A DNA stretch of 64,000 bases from Squalus acanthias (taxonomy: Eukaryota), in the NCBI GenBank assembly GCA_030390025.1, contig CM059438.1:59274001-59338000 (forward strand). The letters run 5' to 3'. Positions 24,601 through 38,295 of the stretch are shown here, piece after piece. The notes under the pieces are model-generated. The model was given only the letters and a program-made list of their open reading frames with translations. It had not been told where the DNA came from and did no database searches. The stretch's first letter is position 1. Every line of letters begins with the position of its first letter. A program made the position numbers and the translations under genes.

Positions 24601-27600
24601 GGGATGGGCTGTGATGGGGAGTTAGGGTATTGGCGATGGGCTGTGATGGGGAGTTAGGGTATTGGGTATTGGCTGTGATGGGGAGTTAGGGTATTGGGGA
24701 TGGGCTGTGATGGGGAGTTAGGGTATTGGGGATGGGCTGTGATGGGGAGTTAGGGTATTGACGATGGGCTGTGATGGGGAGTTAGGATATTGGGGATGGG
24801 CTGTGATGGGGAGTTAGGGTATTGGGGATGGGCTATGATGGGGGTTAGGTTATTGGCGATGGGCTGTGATGGGGAGTTAGGGTATTGGGAATGGGCTGTG
24901 ATGGGGAGTTAGGGTATTGGGGATGGGCTGTGATGGGGAGTTGGGGTATTGGGGATGGACTGTGATGGGGGGTTAGGGTATTGGGGATGGGCTGTGATGG
25001 GGAGTTAGGGTATTGGGGATGGGCTGTGATGGGGAGTTAGGGTATTGGGGATTGGCTGTGATGGGGAGTTAGGGTATTGGGGATGGGCTGTGATGGGGAG
25101 TTAGGGTATTGGGGATGGGCTGTGATGGGGAGTTATGGTATTGGGGATGGGCTGTGATGGGGAGTTAGGGTATTGGGGATGGGCTGTGATGGGGAGTTAG
25201 GGTATTGGGGATGGGCTGTGATGGGGGTTAGGGTATTGGCGATGGGCTGTGATGGGGAGTTAGGGTATTGGGGATGGGCTGTGATGGGGAGTTAGGGTAT
25301 TGGGGATGGGCTGTGATGGGGAGTTAGGGTATTGGGGATGGGCTGTGATGGGGAGTTAGGGTATTGGCGATGGGCTGTGATGGGGAGTTAGGGTATTGGG
25401 GATGGGCTGTGATGGGGAGTTAGGGTATTGGGGATGGGCTGTGATGGGGAGTTAGGGTATTGGCGATGGGCTGTGATGGGGAGTTAGGGTATTGGGGATG
25501 GGCTGTGATGGGGAGTTAGGGTATTGGGGATGGGCTGTGATGGGGGGTTAGGGTATTGGGGATGGGCTGTGATGGGGAGTTAGGGTATTGGGGCTGGGCT
25601 GTGATGGGGTGTTAGGGTATTGGGGATGGGCTGTGATGGGGAGTTAGTGTATTGGGGATGGGCTGTGATGGGGGTTAGGGTATTGGGGATGGGCTGTGAT
25701 GGGGAGTTAGGGTATTGGCGATGGGTTGTGATGGGGAGTTAGGGTATTGGGGATGGGCTGTGATGGGGGGTTAGGGTATTGGGGATGGGCTGTGATGGGG
25801 AGTTAGGGTATTGGCGATGGGTTGTGATGGGGAGTTAGGGTATTGGGGATGGGCTGTGATGGGGGGTTAGGGTATTGGGGATGGGCTGTGATGGGGGGTT
25901 AGGGTATTGGGGATGGGCTGTGATGCGGGGTTAGGGTATTGGGGATGGGCTGTGATGGGGAGTTAGGGTATTGGGGATGGGCTGTGATGGGGAGTTAGGG
26001 TATTGGGGATGGGCTGTGATGGGGGGTTAGGGTATTGGGGATGGGCTGTGATGGGGAGTTAGGGTATTGGGGATGGGGTGTGATGGGGAGTTAGGGTATT
26101 GGGGATGGGCTGTGATGGGCAGTTTGGGTATTGGGGATGGGCTGTGATGGGGAGTTAGGGTATTGGGGATGGGCTGTGATGGGGGTTAGGGTATTGGGGA
26201 TGGGCTGTGATGGGGGGTTAGGGTATTGGGGATGGGCTGTGATGGGCAGTTTGGGTATTGGGGATGGGCTGTGATGTGGAGTTAGGGTATTGGGGATGGG
26301 CTGTGATGGGGGTTAGGGTATTGGGGATGGGCTGTGATGGGGGGTTAGGTTATTGGGGATGGGCTGTGATGGGCAGTTAGGGTATTGGGGATGGGCTGTG
26401 ATGGGGAGTTAGGGTATTGGGGATGGGCTGTGATGGGGAGTTAGAGTATTGGCGATGGGCTGTGATGGGGAGTTAGGGTATTGGGGATGGGCTGTGATGG
26501 GGAGTTAGGGTATTGGGGATGGGCTGTGATCTGGAGTTAGGGTATTGGGGATGGGCTGTGATGGGGGGTTAGGGTATTGGGAATGGACTGTGATGGGAGA
26601 GTCAGAGTATTGGCGATGGGCTGTGATGGGGAGTTAGGGTATTGGCGATGGGGAGTTAGGGTATTGTGGATGGGCTGTGATGGGGAGTTAGGGTATTGGG
26701 GATGGGCTGTGATGGGGAGTTAGGGTATTGGGGATGGGCTGTGATGGGGAGTTAGGGTATTGGCGATGGGCTGTGATGGGGAGTTAGGGTATTGGGGATG
26801 GGCTGTGATGGGGAGTTAGGGTATTGGGGATGGGCTGTGATGGGGAGTTAGGATATTGGCGATGGGCTGGGATGGGGGGTTAGGGTATTGGGGATGGGCT
26901 GTGATGGGGAGTTAGGGTATTGGCGATGGGCTGTGATGGGGAGTTAGGGTATTGGCGATGGGCTGTGATGGGGAGTTAGGGTATTGGGGATTGGCTGTGA
27001 TGGGGAGTTAGGGTATTGGGGATGGGCTGTGATGGGGAGTTATGGTATTGGGGATGGGCTGTGATGGGGAGTTAGGGTATTGGGGATGGGCTGTGATGGG
27101 GAGTTAGGGTATTGGGGATGGGCTGTGATGGGGGTTAGGGTATTGGCGATGGGCTGTGATGGGGAGTTAGGGTATTGGGGATGGGCTGTGATGGGGAGTT
27201 AGGGTATTGGGGATGGGCTGTGATGGGGTTAGGGTATTGGGGATGGGCTGTGATGGGGAGTTAGGGTATTGGGGATGGGGTGTGATGGGGAGTTAGGGTG
27301 TTGGGGATGGGCTGTGATGGGCAGTTTGGGTATTGGGGATGGGCTGTGATGGGGAGTTAGGGTATTGGGGATGGGCTGTGATGGGGGTTAGGGTATTGGG
27401 GATGGGCTGTGATCGGGGGTTAGGGTATTGGGGATGGGCTGTGATGGGCAGTTTGGGTATTGGGGATGGGCTGTGATGTGGAGTTAGGGTATTGGGGATG
27501 GGCTGTGATGGGGGTTAGGGTATTGGGGATGGGCTGTGATGGGGGGTTAGGGTATTGGGGATGGGCTGTGATGGGCAGTTAGGGTATTGGGGATGGGCTG

Positions 27601-30600
27601 TGATGGGGAGTTAGGGTATTGGGGATGGGCTGTGATGGGGAGTTAGAGTATTGGCGATGGGCTGTGATGGGGAGTTAGGGTATTGGGGATGGGCTGTGAT
27701 TGGGGTTAGGGTATTGGGGATGGGCTGTGATGGGGAGTTAGGGTATTGGGGATGGGCTGTGATCTGGAGTTAGGGTATTGGGGATGGGCTGTGATGGGGG
27801 GGTTAGGGTATTGGGAATGGACTGTGATGGGAGAGTTAGAGTATTGGCGATGGGCTGTGATGGGGAGTTAGGGTATTGGCGATGGGCTGTGATGGGGAGT
27901 TAGGGTATTGTGGATGGGCTGTGATGGGGAGTTAGGGTATTGGGGATGGGCTGTGATGGGGGTTAGGGTATTGGGGATGGGCTGTGATGGGGGGTTAGGG
28001 TATTGGCGATGGGCTGTGATGGGGAGTTAGGGTATTGTGGATGGGCTGTGATGGGGAGTTAGGGTATTGGGGATGGGCTGTGATGGGGAGTTAGGGTATT
28101 GGCGATGGGCTGTGATGGGGAGTTAGGGTATTGGGGATGGGCTGTGATGGGGAGTTGGGGTATTGGCGATGGGCTGTGATGGGGAGTTAGGGTATTGGTG
28201 ATGGGCTGTGATGGGGAGTTAGGGTATTGGCGATGGGCTGTGATGGAGTTAGGGTATTGGCGATGGGCTGTGATGGGGAGTTAGGGTATTGGGGATGGGC
28301 TGTGATGGGGGTTAGGGTATTGGGGATGGGCTGTGATGGGGGGTTAGGGTATTGGGGATGGGCTGTGATGGGCAGTTAGGGTATTGGGGATGGGCTGTGA
28401 TGGGGAGTTAGGGTATTGGGGATGGGCTGTGATGGGGAGTTAGAGTATTGGCGATGGGCTGTGATGGGGGGTTAGGGTATTGGGAATGGACTGTGATGGG
28501 AGAGTTAGAGTATTGGCGATGGGCTGTGATGGGGAGTTAGGGTATTGGCGATGGGCTGTGATGGGGAGTTAGGGTATTGTGGATGGGCTGTGATGGGGAG
28601 TTAGGGTATTGGGGATGGGCTGTGATGGGGAGTTAGGGTATTGGGGATGGGCTGTGATGGGGAGTTAGGGTATTGGCGATGGGCTGTGATGGGGAGTTAG
28701 GGTATTGGGGATGGGCTGTGATGGGGAGTTAGGATATTGGCGATGGGCTGGGATGGGGGTTAGGGTATTGGGGATGGGCTGTGATGGGGAGTTAGGGTAT
28801 TGGCGATGGGCTGTGATGGGGAGTTAGGGTATTGGGGATGGGCTGTGATGGGGAGTTAGGGTATTGGCGATGGGCTGTGATGGGGAGTTAGGGTATTGGG
28901 GATTGGCTGTGATGGGGAGTTAGGGTATTGGGGATGGGCTGTGATGGGGAGTTAGGGTATTGGGGATGGACTGTGTTGGGGAGTTAGTGTATTGGGGATG
29001 GGCTGTGATGGAGAGTTAGGGTATTGGGGATGGACTGTGTTGGGGAGTTAGTGTATTGGGGATGGGCTGTGATGGGGAGTTATGGTATTGGGGATGGGCT
29101 GTGATGGGGAGTTAGGGTATTGGGGATGGGCTGTGATGGGGAGTTAGGGTATTGGGGATGGGCTGTGATGGGGGTTAGGGTATTGGCGATGGGCTGTGAT
29201 GGGGAGTTAGGGTATTGGGGATGGGCTGTGATGGGGAGTTAGGGTATTGGGGATGGGCTGTGATGGGGAGTTAGGGTATTGGGGATGGGCTGTGATGGGG
29301 AGTTAGGGTATTGGGGATGGGCTGTGATGGGGGTTAGGGTATTGGCGATGGGCTGTGATGGGGAGTTAGGGTATTGGGGATGGGCTGTGATGGGGAGTTA
29401 GGGTATTGGGGATGGGCTGTGATGGGGAGTTAGGGTATTGGCGATGGGCTGTGATGGGGAGTTAGGGTATTGGGGATGGGCTGTGATGGGGAGTTAGGTA
29501 TTGGGGATGGGCTGTGATGGGGGGTTAGGGTATTGGGGATGGGCTGTGATGGGGAGTTAGGGTATTGGGGATGGGCTGTGATGGGGTGTTAGGGTATTGG
29601 GGATGGGCTGTGATGGGGAGTTAGTGTATTGGGGATGGGCTGTGATGGGGAGTTAGGGTATTGGGGATGGGCTGTGATGGGGAGTTAGGGATATTGGGGA
29701 TGGGCTGTGATGGGGGGTTAGGGTATTGGGGATAGGCTGTGATGGTGAGTTAGGGTATTGGGGATGGGCTGTGATGGGGAGTTAGGGTATTGACGATGGG
29801 CTGTGATGGGGAGTTAGGGTATTGGCGATGGGCTGTGATGGGGAGTTAGGGTATTGGGGATGGGCTGTGATGGGGAGTTAGGGTATTGACGATGGGCTGT
29901 GATGGGGAGTTAGGATATTGGGGATGGGCTGTAATGGGGAGTTAGGGGATTGGGGATGGGCTATGATGGGGGTTAGGGTATTGGCGATGGGCTGTGATGG
30001 GGAGTTAGGGTATTGGGAATGGGCTGTGATGGGGAGTTAGGGTATTGGCGATGGGCTGTGATGGGGAGTTAGGGTATTGGCAATGGGCTGTGATGCGGGG
30101 TTAGGGTATTGGGGATGGGCTGTGATGGGGAGTTAGGGTATTGGGGATGGGCTGTGATGGGGAGTTAGGGTATTGGGGATGGGCTGTGATGGGGGGTTAG
30201 GGTATTGGGGATGGGCTGTGATGGGGAGTTAGGGTATTGGAGATGGGGTGTGATGGGGAGTTAGGGTATTGGGGATGGGCTGTGATGGGCAGTTTGGGTA
30301 TTGGGGATGGGCTGTGATGGGGAGTTAGGGTATTGGGGATGGGCTGTGATGGGGGTTAGGGTATTGGGGATGGGCTGTGATGGGGGGTTAGGGTATTGGG
30401 GATGGGCTGTGATGGGCAGTTTGGGTATTGGGGATGGGCTGTGATGTGGAGTTAGGGTATTGGGGATGGGCTGTGATGGGGCTAGGGTATTGGGGATGGG
30501 CTGTGATGGGGGGTTAGGGTATTGGGGATGGGCTGTGATGGGCAGTTAGGGTATTGGGGATGGGCTGTGATGGGGAGTTAGGGTATTGGGGATGGGCTGT

Positions 30601-33600
30601 GATGGGGAGTTAGAGTATTGGCGATGGGCTGTGATGGGGAGTTAGGGTATTGGGGATGGGCTGTGATGGGGAGTTAGGGTATTGGGGATGGGCTGTGATC
30701 TGGAGTTAGGGTATTGGGGATGGGCTGTGATGGGGAGTTAGGGTATTGGGGATGGGCTGTGATGGGGAGTTAGGGTATTGGGGATGGGCTGTGATCTGGA
30801 GTTAGGGTATTGGGGATGGGCTGTGATGGGGGGTTAGGGTATTGGGAATGGACTGTGATGGGAGAGTTAGAGTATTGGCGATGGGCTGTGATGGGGAGTT
30901 AGGGTATTGGCGATGGGCTGTGATGGGGAGTTAGGGAATTGGGGATGGGCTGTGATGGGGAGTTAGGGTATTGGCGATGGGCTGTGATGGGGAGTTAGGG
31001 TATTGTGGATGGGCTGTGATGGGGAGTTAGGGTATTGGGGATGGGCTGTGATGGGGAGTTAGGGTATTGGGGATGGGCTGTGATGGGGAGTTAGGGTATT
31101 GGGGATGGGCTGTGATGGGGAGTTATGGTATTGGGGATGGGCTGTGATGGGGAGTTAGGGTATTGGGGATGGGCTGTGATGGGGAGTTAGGGTATTGGGG
31201 ATGGGCTGTGATGGGGGTTAGGGTATTGGCGATGGGCTGCGATGGGGAGTTAGGGTATTGGGGATGGGCTGTGATGGGGAGTTAGGGTATTGGGGATGGG
31301 CTGTGATGGGGAGTTAGGGTATTGGGGATGGGCTGTGATGGGGAGTTAGGGTATTGGGGATGGGCTGTGATGGGGGTTAGGGTATTGGCGATGGGCTGTG
31401 ATGGGGAGTTAGGGTATTGGGGATGGGCTGTGATGGGGAGTTAGGGTATTGGGGATGGGCTGTGATGGGGAGTTAGGGTATTGGCGATGGGCTGTGATGT
31501 GGAGTTAGGGTATTGGGGATGGGCTGTGATGGGGAGTTAGGTATTGGGGATGGGCTGTGATGGGGGGTTAGGGTATTGGGGATGGGCTGTGATGGGGAGT
31601 TAGGGTATTGGGGATGGGCTGTGATGGGGTGTTAGGGTATTGGGGATGGGCTGTGATGGGGAGTTAGTGTATTGGGGATGGGCTGTGATGGGGAGTTAGG
31701 GTATTGGGGATGGGCTGTGATGGGGAGTTAGGGTATTGGGGATGGGCTGTGATGGGGGGTTAGGGTATTGGGGATAGGCTGTGATGGTGAGTTAGGGTAT
31801 TGGGGATGGGCTGTGATGGGGAGTTAGGGTATTGACGATGGGCTGTGATGGGGAGTTAGGGTATTGGCGATGGGCTGTGATGGGGAGTTAGGGTATTGGG
31901 GATGGGCTGTGATGGGGAGTTAGGGTATTGACGATGGGCTGTGATGGGGAGTTAGGATATTGGGGATGGGCTGTGATGGGGAGTTAGGGGATTGGGGATG
32001 GGCTATGATGGGGGTTAGGGTATTGGCGATGGGCTGTGATGGGGAGTTAGGGTATTGGGAATGGGCTGTGATGGGGAGTTAGGGTATTGGCGATGGGCTG
32101 TGATGGGGAGTTAGGGTATTGGCAATGGGCTGTGATGCGGGGTTAGGGTATTGGGGATGGGCTGTGATGGGGAGTTAGGGTATTGGGGATGGGCTGTGAT
32201 GGGGAGTTAGGGTATTGGGGATGGGCTGTGATGGGGGGTTAGGGTATTGGGGATGGGCTGTGATGGGGAGTTAGGGTATTGGAGATGGGGTGTGATGGGG
32301 AGTTAGGGTATTGGGGATGGGCTGTGATGGGGAGTTAGGGTATTGGGGATGGGCTGTGATGTGGAGTTAGGGTATTGGGGATGGGCTGTGATGGGGGTTA
32401 GGGTATTGGGGATGGGCTGTGATGGGGGGTTAGGGTATTGGGGATGGGCTGTGATGGGCAGTTAGGGTATTGGGGATGGGCTGTGATGGGGAGTTAGGGT
32501 ATTGGGGATGGGCTGTGATGGGGAGTTAGAGTATTGGCGATGGGCTGTGATGGGGAGTTAGGGTATTGGGGATGGGCTGTGATGGGGAGTTAGGGTATTG
32601 GGGATGGGCTGTGATCTGGAGTTAGGGTATTGGGGATGGGCTGTGATGGGGAGTTAGGGTATTGGGGATGGGCTGTGATGGGGAGTTAGGGTATTGGGGA
32701 TGGGCTGTGATCTGGAGTTAGGGTATTGGGGATGGGCTGTGATGGGGGGTTAGGGTATTGGGAATGGACTGTGATGGGAGAGTTAGAGTATTGGCGATGG
32801 GCTGTGATGGGGAGTTAGGGTATTGGCGATGGGCTGTGATGGGGAGTTGGGGTATTGTGGATGGGCTGTGATGGGGAGTTAGGGTATTGGGGATGGGCTG
32901 TGATGGGGAGTTAGGGTATTGGGGATGGGCTGTGATGGGGAGTTAGGGTATTGGCGATGGGCTGTGATGGGGAGTTAGGGTATTGGGGATGGGCTGTGAT
33001 GGGGAGTTAGGGTATTGGGGATGGGCTGTGATGGGGAGTTAGGATATTGGCGATGGGCTGGGATGGGGAGTTAGGGTATTGGGGATGGGCTGTGATGGGG
33101 AGTTAGGGTATTGGCGATGGGCTGTGATGGGGAGTTAGGGTATTGGGGATGGGCTGTGATGGGGAGTTAGGGTATTGGGGATGGGCTGTGATGGGGAGTT
33201 AGGGTATTGGGGATGGGCTGTGATGGGGGTTAGGGTATTGGCGATGGGCTGTGATGGGGAGTTAGGGTATTGGGGATGGGCTGTGATGGGGAGTTAGGGT
33301 ATTGGGGATGGGCTGTGATGGGGAGTTAGGGTATTGGGGATGGGCTGCGATGGGGGGTTCGGGTATTGGGGATGGGCTGTGATGGGGAGTTAGGGTATTG
33401 GGGATGGGCTGTGATGGGGAGTTAGGGTATTGGGGATGGGCTGTGATGGGGAGTTAGGGTATTGGGGATGGGCTGTGATGGGGAGTTAGGGTATTGGGGA
33501 TGGGCTGTGATGGGGAGTTAGGGTATTGGGGATGGGCTGTGATGGGGAGTTAGGGTATTGGGGATGGGCTGTGATGGGGAGTTAGGGTATTGGCGATGGG

Positions 33601-35308
33601 CTGTGATGGGGAGTTAGGGTATTGGGGATAGGCTCTGATGGGGAGTTAGGGTATTGGGGATGGGCTGTGATGGGGAGTTAGGGTATTGGCGATGGGCTGT
33701 GATGGGGAGTTAGGGTATTGGGGATGGGCTGTGATGGGGAGTTAGGGTATTGGGGATGGGCTGTGATGGGGAGTTAGGGTATTGGGGATGGGCTGTGATG
33801 GGGAGTTAGGGTATTGACGATGGGCTGTGATGGGGAGTTAGGGTATTGGCGATGGGCTGTGATGGGGAGTTAGGCTATTGGCGATGGGCTGTGATGGGGA
33901 GTTAGGGTATTGGGGATGGGCTGTGATGGGGAGTTGGGGTATTGGCGATGGGCTGTGATGGGGAGTTATGGTATTGGGGATGGGCTGTGATGGGGAGTTA
34001 GGGTATTGGCGATGGGCTGTGATGGAGTTAGGGTATTGGCGATGGGCTGTGATGGGGAGTTAGGGTATTGGGGATGGGCTGTGATGGGGATTTAGGGTAT
34101 TCGGGATGGGCGATGATGGGGAGTTAGGGTATTGGGGATGGGCTGTGATGGGGAGTTAGGGTATTGGGGATGGGCTGTGATGGGGAGTTAGGGTATTGGG
34201 GATGGGCTGTGATGGGGGGTTAGGGTACCAGAGGGATGGGCTGTGATGGGGGGTTAGGGTATTGGGGATGGGCTGTGATGGGGAGTTAGGGTATTGGGGA
34301 TGGGCTGTGATGGGGGGTTAGGGTATTGGGGATGGACTGTGATGGGGGGTTAGGGTATTGGCAATGGGCTGTGATGGGGAGTTAGGGTATTGGGGATGGG
34401 CTGTGATGGGGAGTTAGGGTATTGGGGATGGGCTGTGATGGGGAGTTAGGGTATTGGGGATGGGCTGCGATGGGGAGTTAGGGTATTGGCGATGGGCTGT
34501 GATGCGGGGTTAGGGTATTGGGGATGGGCTGTGATGGGGGGTTAGGGTATTGGGGATGGGCTGTGATGGGGAGTTAGGGTATTGGGGATGGGCTGTGATG
34601 GGGAGTTAGGGTATTGGGGATGGGCTGCGATGGGGAGTTAGGGTATTGGCGATGGGCTGTGATGCGGGGTTAGGGTATTGGGGATGGGCTGTGATGGGGG
34701 GTTAGGGTATTGGGGATGGGCTGTGATGGGGAGTTGGGGTATTGGCGATGGACTGTGATGGGGGGTTAGGGTATTGGCGATGGGCTGTGATGGGGAGTTA
34801 GGGTATTGGGGATGGGCTGTGATGGGGGGTTAGGGTATTGGGGATGGGCTGTGATGGGGAGTTAGGGTATTGGGGATGGGCTGTGATGGGGAGTTAGGGT
34901 ATTGGGGATGGGCTGTGATGGGGAGTTAGGGTATTGGCGATGGGCTGTGATGGGGAGTTAGGGTATTGCGATGGGCTGTGATGGGGAGTTAGGGTATTGG
35001 GGATGGGCTGTGATGGGGAGTTAGGGTATTGGGGATGGGCTGTGATGGGGGTTAGGGTATTGGGAATGGGCTGTGATGGGGAGTTAGGGTATTGGGGATG
35101 GGCTGTGATGGGGAGTTAGGGTATTGGGAATGGGCTGTGATGGGGAGTTAGTGTATTGGGGATGGGCTGTGATGGGGAGTTAGGGTATTGGGGATGGGCT
35201 TTCATGGGGAGTTAGGGTATTGGGGATGGGCTGTGATGGGGGGTTAGGGTATTGGCGATGGGTTCTGATGGGGAGTTCGGGTATTGGGGATGGGCTGTGA
35301 TGGGGAGT
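6646..35308. repeat. 32-bp G-rich satellite, ~28.7 kb, roughly 900 monomers
   Basis: Consensus GGGCTGTGATGGGGAGTTAGGGTATTGGGGAT (period 32, e.g. 9421 and 9453); one TTAGGG per unit; no foreign insertion seen. Confidence 0.99.
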
Positions 35309-37541
35309 GACATCACCCACAGGACAGTCCTCACTCTGACATCACCGACAGGACAGTGCACACTCTGTGACATCACCGACAGGACAGTGCACACTCAGTG
35401 ACATCATCGACAGGACAGCGCTCGCTCAGTGATATCTCCGACAGGACAGTGCACACTCAGTGACATCATCGAAAGGACACGCACACTCAGTGACATCACC
35501 GACAGGACAGAGCCCACTCAGTGATATCACCGACAGGACACAGCCCACTCAGTGACATCACCAACAGGACAGAGCCCACTCAGTGACATCATCTACAGGA
35601 CAGTGCACACTCAGTGACATCACCGACAGGACAGCGCACACTCAGTGACATCATCGACAGGACAGTGCACAGTCAGTGACAACACCGACAGGACAGCGCA
35701 CACTCATGGACATCACCGACAGGACAGAGCACACGCAGTGACATCACCAACAGGACAGAGCACACGCAGTGACATCACCGACAGGACAGCGCACACACAG
35801 TGACATCACCGACAGGACAGCGCACACTCAGTGACATCACCGACAGGACAGTGCACACTCAGTGACATCACTGACAGGACAGTGCACACTCAGTGACATC
35901 ACCGAGAGGACAGAGCACACTCAGTGACATCACCGACAGGACAGTGCACACTCAGTGACATCACCGACAGTGCACACTCAGTGACATCACCGACAGGACA
36001 GCGCACACTCAGTGACATCACCGACAGGACAGTGCACACTCAGTGACATCACCGACAGTGCACACTCAGTGACATCACCGACAGTGCACACTCAGTGTAA
36101 TATCTCCAAATTTGCGGATGACACTAAATTGGGAGGCAGTGTGAACAATGAGGAGGATGCTAGGAGGCTACAGAGTGACTTGGACAGGTTGGGTGAATGG
36201 GCAAATGTATGGCAGATGAAGTACAATGTGGATAAATGTGAGGTTATCCACTTTGGTGGTAAAAATAGAGAGGCGGACTATTACCTGAATGGTGGCAGAT
36301 TAGGGAAAGGGGAGGTGCAACGAGACCTGGGCATCATGGTACATCAGTCATTGAAGGTGGGAATGCAAGTGCAGCAGGCAGTCAAGAAAGCAAACGGAAT
36401 GATGGCCTTCATAGTAAGGGGATTTGAGTACAGGAGTAGGGAGGTGATGCTGCAGTTGTACAGGGCCTTGGTGAGGCCACACCTGGAGTATTGTGCGCAG
36501 TTTTGGTCTCCTAACTTAAGGAAGGACATTCTTGCTATTGAGGGAGTGCAGCGAAGGTTCACTAGATTGATTCCTGGGATGGCTGGACTGACATATCAAG
36601 AAAGATTGGGTCAACTGAACTTGTATCCTCTGGAGTTCAGAAGAATGAGGGGGGATCTTATAGAGACATTTAAAATCCTGACTGGTTTAGACAAATTAGA
36701 TGCGGGCAGAATGTTCCCAATGGTAGGGAAAACTAGAACCAGGGGTCACAGTCTAAGGATTAAGGGGAAGCCATTTAGGACTGAGCTGAGGAGGAACTTC
36801 TTCACCCAGAGAGTGGTGAATCTATGGAATTCTCTTCCACAGAAGGTTGTTGAGGCCAGTTCGCTAAATATATTCAGAAGGGAGTTAGATATAACACTCA
36901 CAACTAGGGGGATCAAGGGGTATGGCGAGAAAGCAGGAATGGGGTACTGAGGTAGCATGTTCAGCCATGAACGCATTGAATGGCGGTGCAGGCTCGAAGG
37001 ACCGAATGGTCTACTCCTGTACCTATTTTCTATGTTTCTATGTTTCTATGACATCACCAAGAGGACAGAGCACACTCAGTGACATCACCGACAGGACAGC
37101 GCACACTCAGTGACATCACCGACAGGACAGCGCACACTCAGTGACATCACCGACAGGACAGCGCACACTCAGTGACATCACCGACAGGACAGCGCACACT
37201 CAGTGACATCACCGACAGGACAGCGCACACTCAGTGACATCACCGACAGGACAGCGCACACTCAGTGACATCGCCGACAGGACAGCGCACACTCAGTGAC
37301 ATCACCGACAGGACAGCGCACACTCAGTGACATCGCCGACAGGACAGTGCACACTCAGTGACATCGCCGACAGGACAGCGCACACTCAGTGACATCGCCG
37401 ACAGGACAGCACACACTCAGTGACATCACCGACAGGACAGCGCACACTCAGTGACATCACCAACAGGACAGCGCACACTCAGTGACATCACCGACAGTGC
37501 ACACTCAGCGACATCACCGACAGTGCACACTCAGTGACATC
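35306..37541. repeat. 31-bp minisatellite, ~42 copies, split by a CR1 insertion
   Basis: AGTGACATCACCGACAGGACAGCGCACACTC (37081 and 37112), with 26-bp variants lacking GACAG. Confidence 0.98.
36098..37050 (+). mobile_element. Young 5'-truncated CR1 LINE
   Basis: Uninterrupted frame [46 protein letters not shown] to 36950, then a 3' stem-loop region and (TTTCTATG)n tail. Confidence 0.97.
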
Positions 37542-37557
37542 TGGAACTATACCCCAG

Positions 37558-37827
37558 TTAGATATAATCAGTGGTCGGAAAGTTACTAGAATCTTGTAGC
37601 AGTGGCTGTATGGTGCCGCAGCCTGAGTCAGTGCTCTTGTCTGTATCGGGGCCTGTAGCAGGGTTCCTGCTTGGTCCAGTGCCTGTGTCTGTGGTGACTG
37701 CCTTACCGATACTGGTGCCTCTACCATTGATCACTACTCCACACCCATTCCCCGGCCTCTCGCCACTCTGTCCAGTGTGTGCATCAGCAGTTGAATAATT
37801 TGCAAGATCATCCAAGAGCATGAGCTG
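37558..37827 (-). CDS. Candidate terminal coding exon of an unidentified gene (QLMLLDDLANYS..NFPTTDYI*)
   Basis: Acceptor CTCTACCTCTCTGTGTGTTTTAG followed by 89 open codons to a stop in non-repeat sequence. No recognisable homology. Confidence 0.35.
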   Translation of the reverse strand, partial: QLMLLDDLANYSTADAHTGQSGERPGNGCGVVINGRGTSIGKAVTTDTGTGPSRNPATGPDTDKSTDSGCGTIQPLLQDSSNFPTTDYI

Positions 37828-38081
37828 CTAAAACACACAGAGAGGTAGAGGCACTCCAGGAACGTGTGGGAACATTCCGGAACTGCGCAACCACAACATG
37901 TTCCTTTCATTTCTGCCATTACAGTGTTTCAGTATTGTAAACCTCTGTCATGTCTTCACTTGTAGCGGAATACACAAGCAGGCTCTGTAACGGTGCACAC
38001 ACTGCCCGATGACACACATTAATAAGACATCAGCAATCTCCTGCAATTGAGCCTTGTCAAAGTACTTCGAATAGGACTCAC

Positions 38082-38204
38082 CGACTGCGCTCCACTTTAC
38101 TGGGATCCCCCACACCGCAGTGCCACACTCAGCACCTCTGAAAGCTCTGATCCAACGCACGTTCCTTCCAAAAGCCTCATCTGTAAACAACCCCCAGCTC
38201 CTGC
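38082..38204 (-). CDS. Candidate 123-nt exon
   Basis: TTTTCTCTTTCCTGCTGGCAG acceptor and GTGAGT donor; open in phase 1-1 (RSWGLFTDEAFGRNVRW..), stop-containing in phase 0 (AGAGGCLQMRLL..GGSQ*). Confidence 0.4.
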
Positions 38205-38295
38205 CTGCCAGCAGGAAAGAGAAAACTTTCTCTCAAACTGTGGCCGTTAACATTTCCTGTGCAGGAAATGTCGCTCCAACAAAATCCAAGCACAA

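Noticed and set aside
6646..35308. True telomere or interstitial (TTAGGG)n tract
   Set aside because: TTAGGG occurs singly within a 32-bp unit and was not seen in tandem.
36012..36950. Satellite-RT fusion gene
   Set aside because: The N-terminal residues are chance read-through from the 31-bp repeat into a 5'-truncated CR1; the start is a GTG in the repeat. The same applies to the first codons of ORF 52053.
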